A stretch of DNA of 64,000 bases from Usitatibacter sp. (GCA_035605915.1 DATNGJ010000026.1:79669-143668), one strand, 5' to 3'. Positions 8,406-17,681 are shown, numbered from the stretch's first letter. Numbers and translations are program-made. Notes: generated from the letters alone by a model not told the origin.

Positions 8406-9944
8406 TCAGCCGACGATGAGCTCGCGCAGCCTCGCCGGGTCCACGGGCTTGAGCAGGTGCACGTCGAAGCCGGCCTCGAGCGCGCGAGCGCGGTCGGCGG
8501 CCTGTCCATACCCGGTCAACGCGATGAGGCGTACCGCGCGTGCCCAGGGCGACCCCTCGCTGCGGATGCGGCGCGCGATCTCGTAGCCGTCGAAGCCGGG
8601 AAGGCCGATGTCGATCAGCGCGACGTCGGGCTGCAGCTCGCGCGCGCGGTCGATCCCCTCCGGCCCGTTCACCGCGAAGATCACCTGGTGTTGCCACGTG
8701 GCCATGAGCATCGCCAGCGATTCTCGCGTGTCGGCGCCATCCTCGACCACGAGGATTCGCTTCGATGCGCCGGCTTCGATCGCGCGCGTGGCCGGCGCCT
8801 CGCCCTCCAGCGGCTGGGCATCCAGCGGCAGCCGCAGCTCGAAACGCGAGCCCGAGCCGAGGCCCTCGCTGCATGCACGGACGCTGCCGCCGTGCAGCTC
8901 GACCAGCCGCCGCACGAGCGTGAGGCCGATGCCGAGCCCGCCTTGCGAACGCGCGAGCGTCACGCTTTCCTGGGTGAAGAGGCCGAAGATCGACTCGAGC
9001 ATCTCCGGCTTGATGCCCACGCCGTTGTCGGTCACCTCGACCACGGCCGCGTCGCCGGCCGCGCTTGCCGCGACCTCGATCGCGCCGCCGTCCGGCGTGA
9101 ACTTGGCGGCGTTCACGATGAGGTTGCCGATGACCTGCTCGAGCCGCACCGGATCGGCGCGCACCGGCAGCGGGCGCGGCGCGCGCTGCAAGGTGACCAC
9201 GTGCCGACGCGCATGGGTGATCGTCGCGCAAGCCTCGACCGCCGCCGCGAGGCTTTCGTTGAGGTCGACCCGCTGCATCCTCAACTCCACCTTGCCGAGC
9301 TCCAGCCGCGAGACGTCGAGGAGATCGTCCACCATCCGCGTCACGTGGCGCGACTGCTTCTCGATCATCGCCCGGCACTTGAGGAACAGCGGGTCGTCGA
9401 ACGGCAGCGTGCCGAGCAGGTAGACGGCGTTGCGGATCGGCGCGAGCGGGTTGCGCAGCTCGTGCGCGAGCATCGCGAGGAACTCGTCGCGCTGCCGCAC
9501 GTCGCGGTCGCGCAACGCGAGGAGCTCGCGCACCTCGAGCTGGCGCTGGCGCGAACGCAGCGCCACGTTGACCGCGGACACCAGGCTCACCGGGTGGAGC
9601 GGGCGCTGCAGCACCGTGACGTTGCCCGACTCGGGAAACAGGCCCTCGACCCCGGAGGAGAGCGAGCTGTCGCGCGCGGCGATGAGGAGGATCGGAAGGT
9701 CGGACCAGCGCGGCTGCGCCTGGAGGCTCTCGTGGAACGACTCCAGCTCCGGCTCCGCGAGCGCCTCCTCCACCAGCACCACGCAGCCGATGTCCGACAG
9801 TTCGAGCGGCGCGAGCTCGCAGAGCGCCGCGCAGGCGAGCGTCTCGAAGCTGCGGCCGGCGAAAATCGAGGCGGCCGCGATTCGGTCCGCTTCGTTCGGC
9901 GTCACGACGACGACTTTCATGCCGTGCCCGTCAGATGCGGTCAT
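8406..9944 (-). CDS. Hybrid sensor histidine kinase: N-terminal pseudo-receiver, HisKA, HATPase_c, C-terminal receiver
   Basis: H-box LAMLAHELRNPLAPI. ATP-lid motifs DNGVGI and GGLGIGL. The C-terminal REC has VVEDGAD, ALIDIGLP, LIALTG and HLLKP. The N-terminal roughly 120 aa is receiver-like but lacks the acidic pocket (VVVVTPNE; VVLVEEAL). An alternative start is at 9920. Confidence 0.85.
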   Translation of the reverse strand: MTASDGHGMKVVVVTPNEADRIAAASIFAGRSFETLACAALCELAPLELSDIGCVVLVEEALAEPELESFHESLQAQPRWSDLPILLIAARDSSLSSGVEGLFPESGNVTVLQRPLHPVSLVSAVNVALRSRQRQLEVRELLALRDRDVRQRDEFLAMLAHELRNPLAPIRNAVYLLGTLPFDDPLFLKCRAMIEKQSRHVTRMVDDLLDVSRLELGKVELRMQRVDLNESLAAAVEACATITHARRHVVTLQRAPRPLPVRADPVRLEQVIGNLIVNAAKFTPDGGAIEVAASAAGDAAVVEVTDNGVGIKPEMLESIFGLFTQESVTLARSQGGLGIGLTLVRRLVELHGGSVRACSEGLGSGSRFELRLPLDAQPLEGEAPATRAIEAGASKRILVVEDGADTRESLAMLMATWQHQVIFAVNGPEGIDRARELQPDVALIDIGLPGFDGYEIARRIRSEGSPWARAVRLIALTGYGQAADRARALEAGFDVHLLKPVDPARLRELIVG

Positions 9945-11418
9945 CGCGCCCCACCAGCTCGCCGCCCAGGTAGCGCGGCACGCCGGTCATGACGCCCTCG
10001 AACGCCACGAGGGGTTCGCCCACGTCGATGCGGTTGCCGTTCATGGTGAGCTCGCGGATGGTGGCCTCGTGCGAGCCGCTGCGCTTCTTGATGACCGACA
10101 CCGCTTTCTTCATCGCGCCGCGCGCCTCGAAGAAGCGCGTGAGGAGCACGGCGTCGGCGAGATAGCTCACGTCCACCGGTGCGCCCATCTGCCCCAGAAG
10201 CCCGTGCTGGGCGAGGACCATGATGCTGCAGATGCCTTTCTGGTTGAGGAAGCTCAGCAGCTCGTGCAGGTGCAGGTGCAGGTAATCCTCCTGCGGCATC
10301 GCGTTCACGTAGCCGTTGAGGCTGTCCAGCACGACCATGCGCACGCCGCGTTGGCTCACGCCGTTCACGATGTCGTTGGCGAGCTCGCCGGGCGCGATCT
10401 CGGCCGGATCCACCTGGCGCAGCTCGAGCGTTCCGCGCGCGAGCACGCGATCGAATTGCAGGCCGAGCTCGTTGGCGCGTTTCACCAGCGTGGAGGCGAT
10501 CTCGTCGAACGCGAAGTACATGACGCGCACGCCGCGCGCGGCCGCCTGCGCGGCGTACATGCTGGCGATCGTGGACTTGCCGCTTCCCGCCGGCCCCATC
10601 AAAAGCGTGCCGGTGCCGGCATGCAACCCGCCGCCCAGCAGCCGGTCGAGCTGCGGGTTGCCGCTCGCGAACGCCTCGGCGCTGCAGACCGCGTCCTGCT
10701 GCGAGGCGACCAGCCGGGGAAAGACCACCAGGCCGCCAGACTTGATCACATAGTCGTGGTTGCCCTCGCGGAACGTGGACCCGCGCATCTTCGCGATCGA
10801 CAGGAAGCGCCGGTTGATGCCGAACTTGAGCGGCACGATCTGCAACGAGATCATGCCGTGCACGATGCTTTGCACGTGCGCGTCCTGCCCGCTCCCGCTG
10901 CGGTCGTCGAGGAGCAGCACGGTGCAGTTGCCGGTGGCGAAGTGGTGCTTCAGGGCGAGGATCTGGCGGCGGTAGCGCAGCGCGCTCTGGGCCATGAGCC
11001 GCATCTCGGAGAGCGAATCGAGCACCATGCGCGCCGGGCGCACGCGGTCGAACTCGGCCACCAGCAGCGCGGAAAGGCTCGCGAGCTCCATCTCGGGCGG
11101 CTGAAAGAGCGTGTTCTGCGATCGCACGCTGAAGAGGTTCTCGACCTGCGCGAGCTCCACGATGTCGATGCCCGCGAGGCTCCAGCCGTGCGACTCGGCG
11201 ATCTCCTCCAGCTCGTCGCGCGTCTCGGAGAGCGCCACGTAGAGCGCGCGCTCGCCCTGCCGCACGCCTTCGAGAAGGAACTGCATCGCGAGCGTCGTCT
11301 TGCCGACGCCGGGCGCTCCCTCGATGAGATACATCCGGTCGGTGCCGAAGCCGCCGCGCAGCACGTCATCCAGGCCCGCGATCCCGGTCGCCATGCGCCT
11401 CACGACCCGTTGGTCCAT
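9931..11418 (-). CDS. KaiC-like double RecA-fold ATPase
   Basis: Two tandem halves, each with a Walker A (GAPGVGKTT; GPAGSGKST) and a Walker-B-like motif (MVLDSLSE; VVLDSLNG). N-terminal TGIAGLDDVLRGGF and C-terminal ...KKRSGSHEATIRELTM are as in KaiC-family proteins. Its stop at 9931 overlaps the kinase start. Confidence 0.8.
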   Translation of the reverse strand: MDQRVVRRMATGIAGLDDVLRGGFGTDRMYLIEGAPGVGKTTLAMQFLLEGVRQGERALYVALSETRDELEEIAESHGWSLAGIDIVELAQVENLFSVRSQNTLFQPPEMELASLSALLVAEFDRVRPARMVLDSLSEMRLMAQSALRYRRQILALKHHFATGNCTVLLLDDRSGSGQDAHVQSIVHGMISLQIVPLKFGINRRFLSIAKMRGSTFREGNHDYVIKSGGLVVFPRLVASQQDAVCSAEAFASGNPQLDRLLGGGLHAGTGTLLMGPAGSGKSTIASMYAAQAAARGVRVMYFAFDEIASTLVKRANELGLQFDRVLARGTLELRQVDPAEIAPGELANDIVNGVSQRGVRMVVLDSLNGYVNAMPQEDYLHLHLHELLSFLNQKGICSIMVLAQHGLLGQMGAPVDVSYLADAVLLTRFFEARGAMKKAVSVIKKRSGSHEATIRELTMNGNRIDVGEPLVAFEGVMTGVPRYLGGELVGRDDRI

Positions 11419-11540
11419 GGACGCTTCTCCCGTGGTGAATCAAACACTATAGGGCGTTGCCGCCCCCGGGATATGTAGGTAATTTCCGACAGGCCGCCGC
11501 AATCGGCTCCTCGCGAGCCCGCTGGGGCGCCTGCGGCCTT

Positions 11541-12518
11541 CTAGCGTTCGTGCGACCTCGCCATCTCCGCCGCGCGCCGCGCGACCTCCATGCGCAGCGA
11601 CGCCGGCTTCATCACCTCGACGTCGGGCGCGTGCTGGAGGAGATCCATCACCAGCTCCTTTTCGGAGCTGAACGGAACCTCGACCACGTAGCTGCCGTCC
11701 CGCTCGAAGCGCGCGCGCTGCTTCGGATGCCACTCCTCCATCGCCACGTAGCGCGCCCTCGCGGCGGTGAAGCGCAGCGTGGCCCACTGCACCTTCTTCC
11801 CGGAGAAGATTCCGTAACCGCTCGCGAGCACCTCGTCGAGCTGCGCCTCGGGCACCTCCTTCACCTTGCCTTCGACCATCTCGACCTCGCGCATGGCATC
11901 GAAGGCGAACGTGCGCAAGTCGTTGCGCAGGTGGTCCCAGGCGTCGAGATACCAGTTCTGCCGGTAGTGCACGAGGCGTTGCGGTGAAACCTCGCGCGTG
12001 GTGGTCTCGTCCTTCGTGCGGTTCCAGTAGACGAGCTTGAGGCGCTTGCGGCCCAGCACGGCGGAGGCGACCAGCTCGAAATGCTTCGGCTCGTGGCGGC
12101 GCGCGCCGAAGGCGATCACGCGAATCCTCTTGCGGACCTCGTCCAGCGAATGCTCGCCCGCGGTGAGCAGCGCCGCGAGCCGTGCCTTGAGCGGCTTCAC
12201 GTGCGCGCCGAGGAGCCCCGGCTCCATGCCCTCGACGAGATGCTCGAGCGTGAGGAGCGCGAGCGCCTCGCTCGGGCTGAACCACAGGCCCGGCAGCTCG
12301 TACTTCGGCCCCTTGCCGGCGCGGCCCTCCTCGAATCGATACGCCTCCTGCTCGCGATCCCACACGATCGGGGCGTTGAGGCGGCTGCGCATGTACTCGA
12401 GGTCGCGCTTGAAGGTGGCGAGCGAGACGCCCAGCTCCGCGAGGAACTCGCCCACCTTCACGCGGCCGCGCGACTGCAGCATCTGGTCGATCTTGTAGAA
12501 CCGTTCGGTGCGGTCCAT
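11541..12518 (-). CDS. YafY-family HTH + WYL-domain transcriptional regulator
   Basis: Start at the ATG at 12518 (MDRTERFYKIDQMLQSRGRVKVGEFLAELGVSLATFKRDLEYM is the HTH_11 region). The central segment ...VSPQRLVHYRQNWYLDAWD... is the WYL-domain signature. A C-terminal WCX-like region follows. Confidence 0.8.
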   Translation of the reverse strand: MDRTERFYKIDQMLQSRGRVKVGEFLAELGVSLATFKRDLEYMRSRLNAPIVWDREQEAYRFEEGRAGKGPKYELPGLWFSPSEALALLTLEHLVEGMEPGLLGAHVKPLKARLAALLTAGEHSLDEVRKRIRVIAFGARRHEPKHFELVASAVLGRKRLKLVYWNRTKDETTTREVSPQRLVHYRQNWYLDAWDHLRNDLRTFAFDAMREVEMVEGKVKEVPEAQLDEVLASGYGIFSGKKVQWATLRFTAARARYVAMEEWHPKQRARFERDGSYVVEVPFSSEKELVMDLLQHAPDVEVMKPASLRMEVARRAAEMARSHER

Positions 12519-12774
12519 TCTCGCGAGCCTGCGGCCGGGCGCCGGCGATGCCGGAGCGCCCGGCGCTTGCACTCCCATGTCCATCGCGCCTTCACCCCGG
12601 TTGCCCGAAGCGCTCCTCGTGGAGGGAAAGCGCCCAGGCTACGGAGCCGGAAGCTCGCGCGGTGAGCTACCGAGCGCGATGGTAGCGCGGACTCCGGCGG
12701 TGAGCCACTTCGCGAACGCCATCCACCGCGTGTTCGGGCGATCGCGAACCGCCGCCGGCCTCCCCGCGCGGCGC

Positions 12775-13215
12775 TCAGTCCTTCGCCTTGGCGGCCTTCC
12801 TCCAGAACTCGCGCCGCAGCGTTTCCGAGCGGAACTCCTCGAGCTCCGGATCCATGGCGTTGCGGGCGCAGATCATGCCGACCGGCCGGCCGTCCTCCAT
12901 CACGGGAAGATGGCGGAAGCCGTGCTCCTGCATCACCACCAGCGCCTGCCCGAACGGCGCGGCGGGGTGGATCGTCCGCGGAGCGGGCGTCATCGCATCG
13001 CGGAGCGCGGTGCTTTCCGGGTCGAGGCCGCACGCCACCACGCGGCAGAGCAGGTCGCGCTCGGTGAAGATGCCCGCGAGGCCGTTCTCGTCCGCCACGA
13101 GGATCGCTCCGGCGTCGTGCGCGGCCATGCGCTTCGCCGCCTCGCTCACCGACGTGCCGGGCGTGGCGAGGAGGACGTCGCGCCGCATGATCTTTCCGAC
13201 CGGGGTTTCGTACAT
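12775..13215 (-). CDS. CBS-domain pair protein
   Basis: Start at 13215 (MYETPVGKIMRRDVLLATPGTSVSEAAKRM...). It has two CBS repeats (GIFTERDLL...; HLPVMEDGRPVGMI). Confidence 0.8.
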   Translation of the reverse strand: MYETPVGKIMRRDVLLATPGTSVSEAAKRMAAHDAGAILVADENGLAGIFTERDLLCRVVACGLDPESTALRDAMTPAPRTIHPAAPFGQALVVMQEHGFRHLPVMEDGRPVGMICARNAMDPELEEFRSETLRREFWRKAAKAKD

Positions 13216-13333
13216 GGTGCCCGTCCTTCGTCGCACCAAGCTACGCCGGGAAACGGGGCCGGGATTGATGCGGGTCAAGGCCGGGCACCGCGGCCGGGCG
13301 ATGCGCCGGCCGCGCCAGGCGGATGCCAGCCGT

Positions 13334-13756
13334 TCACGCCGCGGGCGAGGCTCGTCTTCCCATCGCCCGGTCGATGCTCCATGCGCCCGCGCCCGCCGCC
13401 GCGAAGAACAGGAACACGAAGCAGTAGACCACCGCGAGCTCGCCGCCGTTGAGCTGCGGCACGAAAAAATTTCCCTTCGCGCCCGCGTGCCCGATGAAGT
13501 ACGCGACCGCCATCTCGCCGGAAAGGATGAAGGCCGCGATGCGCGTGAAGAGCCCGACGATCAGCAGCGCGCCGCCCACCAGCTCGAGGATTCCGGCAAG
13601 GCCGATCAGCGACACGAGCTGCACGTTGTCGAACATCGCCTGGTGCGGCACGTGCAGCAGCTTGGCGGTGCCGTGCGAGATGTACAGATAGCCGACGACG
13701 ATGCGCAGCAGGCCCTGCGCGCGCGGGGCCCAGGTGTCGTAGAACGCCTTATCCAT
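13334..13756 (-). CDS. DoxX-family membrane protein
   Basis: 140 aa with four TM segments. The motif LLRIVVGYLYISHGTAKL is typical of DoxX. Confidence 0.8.
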   Translation of the reverse strand: MDKAFYDTWAPRAQGLLRIVVGYLYISHGTAKLLHVPHQAMFDNVQLVSLIGLAGILELVGGALLIVGLFTRIAAFILSGEMAVAYFIGHAGAKGNFFVPQLNGGELAVVYCFVFLFFAAAGAGAWSIDRAMGRRASPAA

Positions 13757-13835
13757 GGCTCGGTCTCCAGCGTGGGTGGGCGCTCAATCTAGCATCCGCG
13801 CGGGCATCCGGCGAGGCCGATGCCCGGCGCGGGCA

Positions 13836-14024
13836 TCAGGTCGCCGCGTGCAGGAACATGCGGCTCGCCGCGACCAGCACGACGAGCAGCACGATCCCGA
13901 GCCCCAGGCTCCACGCGATCAGCTTCTTCTCGATCGGCAGCAGCGGCTCCGCCGCCATCCGCTTCATCTCCTCGCCCACTTTCGGCGCGGGCGTCACCTC
14001 GGCATCGATCTTGACCTGGTTCAT
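13836..14024 (-). CDS. Small single-pass membrane protein (62 aa), partner of the upstream transporter gene
   Basis: GGAGGG lies about 8 nt upstream of the ATG. It starts 15 nt after the stop of the 14040-15485 gene. One clear TM helix (LIAWSLGLGIVLLVVLVAA). Confidence 0.5.
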   Translation of the reverse strand: MNQVKIDAEVTPAPKVGEEMKRMAAEPLLPIEKKLIAWSLGLGIVLLVVLVAASRMFLHAAT

Positions 14025-14039
14025 TGCCGTACCCTCCCC

Positions 14040-15485
14040 TCAACCGGCGATCGGCGGCTTCACGCCGGCGAAGAACAACCACGAAATGACGAGCCCCACC
14101 CAGACGATGAATCCGAACAGGCACACCACGTACACGGCGGCGAGCCTGCCGATGCCCTCCTCCCAGAGCTTGCGGAAGTTCGACATCACGCCGATCGTGA
14201 AGAACGTGAGCACGAAGAAGATGCCGCGGAACGTGTTCGCCTCGCCCATCGCGGCCTTGATCCGCGCGAGCGTTTCGGGCGCGGCGGAGAGCGCGAGCGC
14301 GAGGATCACGACGAACGTCACCACGTAGCCGATGATGAACTTCGGGAAGCGGTCCCAGATCTCGCGCGCCTTCGCGACGTCGCCCCGGCCCGCCTCGATG
14401 TGGCGCGTCCAGATCCAGGCGAGCACGAACGCCCAGACGCCGATGAAGACGTCGATGAAGACCTTCACGGTGGCCGACGTGCCGATGATCCATCCCTTGG
14501 CGTAATTCACGCCGGCGGCGGCGTTCTTCGCGAGGATCAGCGCCTCGCTGATCGCCCCGCTCGCGACCGCCGCGCCGTCGGTCTTCACCGAGAGCGCCAT
14601 CCACGCGCCGCTCACCAGCGGCTCGTGCGAGAGGAACTCGCTCGCGACGAACGGCAGGAAGAGCAGCTCCACCACCGCGAACACCACCACCAGCGAGGAC
14701 ACCATGATCGCGACCATGGGCCGCGCGCGGATCGCGGCGCCGGTGGCGATCGCGGCCGATACGCCGCAGATCGAGATGCCGGAGGCGAGCGGCGCCGCCC
14801 ACTCGCGGCTGAAGCCGAACCACACGCGCGCGACGTAGTACACCACCGACCAGAAGATGAGGTACGCGCAGACGATGGCGGCGAGGCCCAGGAACATCAC
14901 CGAGGTCGCGAGCGCGAGCTTCTCCGCCGCCGTGACGCCGAGGAACCCGCCCAGGATCACGATCGCGGTCTTCACGTAGAGCTCGGGTCGCACCGCCTCC
15001 TTCATCCACGCGGCGAACGCCGGCATGAAGTTGCCGACGAAGAGGCCGGCGAGGAGCGCCACGATGAAGCCGCCTTCCGAGGTGAGCCTGAGCGACCAGT
15101 CGATGCCGAACTTCTTCATGTCGGCGGGAGTGTTCACCGCGAAGTTCGCGAAGCTGCCGACGATCCACGCGATGTAGGCGAGCCAGAAGACGGCGGTGAA
15201 GCCGAGCGCGAAGCGCTTCACGTCCGCCTTGAGCAGCGCCGCTCCGGCCGACATCACGACCGTGAGCGCGACGTACGTCGCAACGAGGGCCCCGACTCCG
15301 CCCAACCCCGCATATGCTTTCGACGCGGGCGTGAGCGCCTTGGACAGGTCGACCCACACGCTCGTCGAGACCACCCAGCCGAGCACGTCGGCGCCGGCGA
15401 GCACGCCCAACGCCAGCACGAAGACCGCCAACCCGATCCAGAGCGACAGCCAATCCTCGCTCATGCCACTGGCTTGCGCATTCAT
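14040..15485 (-). CDS. Polytopic membrane transporter, YeiH/UPF0324-like (putative sulfate-exporter family)
   Basis: 481 aa with more than 10 TM segments. The motif ASGISICGVSAAIATGAAI resembles the UPF0324 signature. The family assignment is from memory only. Confidence 0.5.
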   Translation of the reverse strand: MNAQASGMSEDWLSLWIGLAVFVLALGVLAGADVLGWVVSTSVWVDLSKALTPASKAYAGLGGVGALVATYVALTVVMSAGAALLKADVKRFALGFTAVFWLAYIAWIVGSFANFAVNTPADMKKFGIDWSLRLTSEGGFIVALLAGLFVGNFMPAFAAWMKEAVRPELYVKTAIVILGGFLGVTAAEKLALATSVMFLGLAAIVCAYLIFWSVVYYVARVWFGFSREWAAPLASGISICGVSAAIATGAAIRARPMVAIMVSSLVVVFAVVELLFLPFVASEFLSHEPLVSGAWMALSVKTDGAAVASGAISEALILAKNAAAGVNYAKGWIIGTSATVKVFIDVFIGVWAFVLAWIWTRHIEAGRGDVAKAREIWDRFPKFIIGYVVTFVVILALALSAAPETLARIKAAMGEANTFRGIFFVLTFFTIGVMSNFRKLWEEGIGRLAAVYVVCLFGFIVWVGLVISWLFFAGVKPPIAG

Positions 15486-15655
15486 GAATCCTCCCCTGGT
15501 TTGCCCGCGTTCGCGGCCGCCCTTTGTTCTCGGCGGGCTCGCGCGCTGCGCGCAACGATAGTCCCAATCGCGGCGTTTCGCTACATGGCAGTATCAGGCG
15601 CCTTTCGTTTCATCCAGCGAATCGGCGCGGCACCGCGACGATGCGGAAGGCGCCC

Positions 15656-17203
15656 TCAGCCTTTCCGGCCGCGCAGCAGGAGGACCAGGGGAAGCATCGC
15701 GACGAAGCTCCACGCCGTGAGCTTGAAGACGTCGACCAGCGAGCTCATCTCGGCCTGCTGCGCGATCTGCGCGGCGATCACCTGCGCGGCGAGCGGATCG
15801 GTGGGCTTGAGATGGAGCGCCTGCAGGTACGCGATCACCGCCGGGTTGAACCGCGTGATGTGCGCACCGAGCTCGTTCCAGTTCACCTGCGTCTCGCGCG
15901 TGACGAGGGTCGTCACGATGGAGATGCCCACCGAGGCGCCGATGGTGCGCACCAGGCTGTAGATGCCCGCCGCCTCCGCGGTGCGCGAGCGCGGCAGCGT
16001 GAGGTATGCGATCGCCGAGAGCGGCACGAAGACGAGCCCGAAGCCCAGTCCCTGCACCACGATCGGCCAGACGATCCAGAAGGTGCTCACCTCGAGCGAA
16101 TAGTGCGTCATCGCCCACGAGCCGACCGCGCCCAGCACCATGCCCGCGCCGATGAGGTAGCGGGTGTCGACTTTGCCCACCAGCCGGCCGACGACGATCA
16201 TCGCCACGGCGGTCGCGACTCCGCGCGGCGCCATCACGAGACCGGTCGTGACGATCGGGTACTGCAGCAGTCCCTCGAGGAGGATCGGCTGCAGCACGAG
16301 GCCGCCGAAGAGCCCCAGGCCCATCGCGAGCATCACCAGGCACGCCATGGCGAAGTTGCGGTCGTTGAAGATGCGCACGTCGAAGAGCGCCTTCTGTCCG
16401 CGCATGAAGCTGTACACGACGAACGCGACCATGCCCGCGGCGCCGAGCGCGGTGGCGGCGCGGATGTCGCTCGCCGCGAACCAATCGGCGCTGGTGCCGC
16501 GGTCGAGGGTGTACTGGACGCCCGCGATGCCGAGGCCGAGGAGGACGAGCCCCCACCAGTCCATGGTGCGGCTCCGGCGCTCCCCGCTCTTCACGTATTG
16601 CGTCGCGAGGAAGAAGGAGAGCGCGCCCACCGGCACGTTGATGTAGAACGTCCAGCGCCAGCTCGCGACATCGGTGAGCCAGCCGCCGAGCGTGGGCCCG
16701 AGCACCGGTCCCACCATCACGCCGAGCCCCCAGATCGCCATCGCCTTGCCGCGCTCCTCCGGCGGATAGGCGTCGGTCATGATGGCCTGCGAGAGCGGCA
16801 CCAGCGCCGCGCCGAAGACGCCCTGCAGCAGGCGGAAGCCCACGATCTCGGCGAGGTTCTGCGCGATGCCGCAGAGCGCCGAGGCCGCGACGAAGCCGGT
16901 GATCGAGACGAGCAGGAACTTCTTGCGCCCGAGCGTATCGGCGAAGTAGCCGGTGAGCGGCATCACGATCGCCGAGGACACGAGATAGCTCGTGAGCACC
17001 CAGCTGATCTGGTCGGTGGTCGCTCCCAGCTCGCCCGCCATGTGCGGCAGCGCCACGTTGACGATCGTGGTGTCGAGCACCTGGATCAGCGTCGCGGACA
17101 TCACCGCGAGCGTGATCATCAGGCGCTCGCCGCCGGTGGGCAGCGCCTGCCCCTCTGCCTTGGAAGGAGGCGCGGGTGAGGGTCGTGCAGTCGTCGTGGC
17201 CAT
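15656..17203 (-). CDS. DHA2 (EmrB/QacA) MFS efflux transporter, second copy
   Basis: LIQVLDTTIVNVALPHMAGELGATTDQISWVLTSYLV...PLTGYFAD is the EmrB signature. 515 aa. Confidence 0.9.
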   Translation of the reverse strand: MATTTARPSPAPPSKAEGQALPTGGERLMITLAVMSATLIQVLDTTIVNVALPHMAGELGATTDQISWVLTSYLVSSAIVMPLTGYFADTLGRKKFLLVSITGFVAASALCGIAQNLAEIVGFRLLQGVFGAALVPLSQAIMTDAYPPEERGKAMAIWGLGVMVGPVLGPTLGGWLTDVASWRWTFYINVPVGALSFFLATQYVKSGERRSRTMDWWGLVLLGLGIAGVQYTLDRGTSADWFAASDIRAATALGAAGMVAFVVYSFMRGQKALFDVRIFNDRNFAMACLVMLAMGLGLFGGLVLQPILLEGLLQYPIVTTGLVMAPRGVATAVAMIVVGRLVGKVDTRYLIGAGMVLGAVGSWAMTHYSLEVSTFWIVWPIVVQGLGFGLVFVPLSAIAYLTLPRSRTAEAAGIYSLVRTIGASVGISIVTTLVTRETQVNWNELGAHITRFNPAVIAYLQALHLKPTDPLAAQVIAAQIAQQAEMSSLVDVFKLTAWSFVAMLPLVLLLRGRKG

Positions 17204-17219
17204 TCACCCTCTCCCCGAT

Positions 17220-17236
17220 CCTCCCCCAGGGGGAGG
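17220..17236. repeat. CCTCCCCC-A-GGGGGAGG hairpin/palindrome (member of a C5/G5 hairpin family)
   Basis: Seen directly in the sequence, between the usp stop (17248) and the emrB-like start (17203). Related copies are at 36614-36632 and 57863-57897. Confidence 0.5.
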
Positions 17237-17247
17237 CAGCGGTTCCG

Positions 17248-17679
17248 TCACTCCTCCGCGACCGCCACCAGCACGCTGCAGCGCACGCGCTCGAGGAGCG
17301 ATTCCTCGTCCGACTCGCTCCACCAGCGCGCGAGGCGGCTGCGATGCCGATGGCCGACGACGATGAGGTCGGCGCCGATGCGCTCGGCGGTGGCGGCGAT
17401 GCAATCGGCCGCGTTGCCGTACTCGAGCGCGCCCTCGGCGTCGACGCCGTGCTCCTTCAGCCGCGCGACGCCCTCGTCGAGGATCGACTGCGCGCGCTCG
17501 TCCTCGCAGCGCGCGAGCTCCGGCGTGACGCCCTCGGGAATCGACGACGAGAGATAGCTCTGGCAGATCGCGAGCAGGTAGGTCTCGCTCTTCATGCAGA
17601 AGGCCACCTCCGCGCCCTGGCGCAGGGCCCTGCGGCCTTCCACCGTGCCGTCGTAGGCGAGCAGGACCTTGCGGAACAT
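17248..17679 (-). CDS. Universal stress protein (UspA family)
   Basis: Start at 17679 (MFRKVLLAYDGTVEGRRAL...). The C-terminal DLIVVGHRHRS...SVLVA is the Usp ATP-binding-type motif. Only 2 nt separate it from the upstream emrA-like stop. Confidence 0.8.
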   Translation of the reverse strand: MFRKVLLAYDGTVEGRRALRQGAEVAFCMKSETYLLAICQSYLSSSIPEGVTPELARCEDERAQSILDEGVARLKEHGVDAEGALEYGNAADCIAATAERIGADLIVVGHRHRSRLARWWSESDEESLLERVRCSVLVAVAEE

Positions 17680-17681
17680 GG

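Noticed and set aside
9931-11418. Calling the KaiC-like gene a circadian clock (kaiC) locus.
   Set aside because: There is no kaiB or kaiA in the window, and I cannot verify the phosphosite or catalytic-residue alignment by eye. It is kept as a KaiC-like ATPase only.
11541-12518. The WYL regulator as a flag for an anti-phage defence island.
   Set aside because: The neighbours are a kinase, a KaiC-like ATPase, and CBS, DoxX and Bug-family proteins. There is no nuclease, helicase, restriction-modification, Cas, toxin-antitoxin or mobile-element gene, and no compositional break.
12519-12774. The 256-bp gap with a short GCTACC/GGTAGC inverted repeat, checked for a tRNA or small RNA gene.
   Set aside because: I could not draw a cloverleaf, there is no T-loop GTTCRA-type motif, and there is no terminator. 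It was left unannotated.
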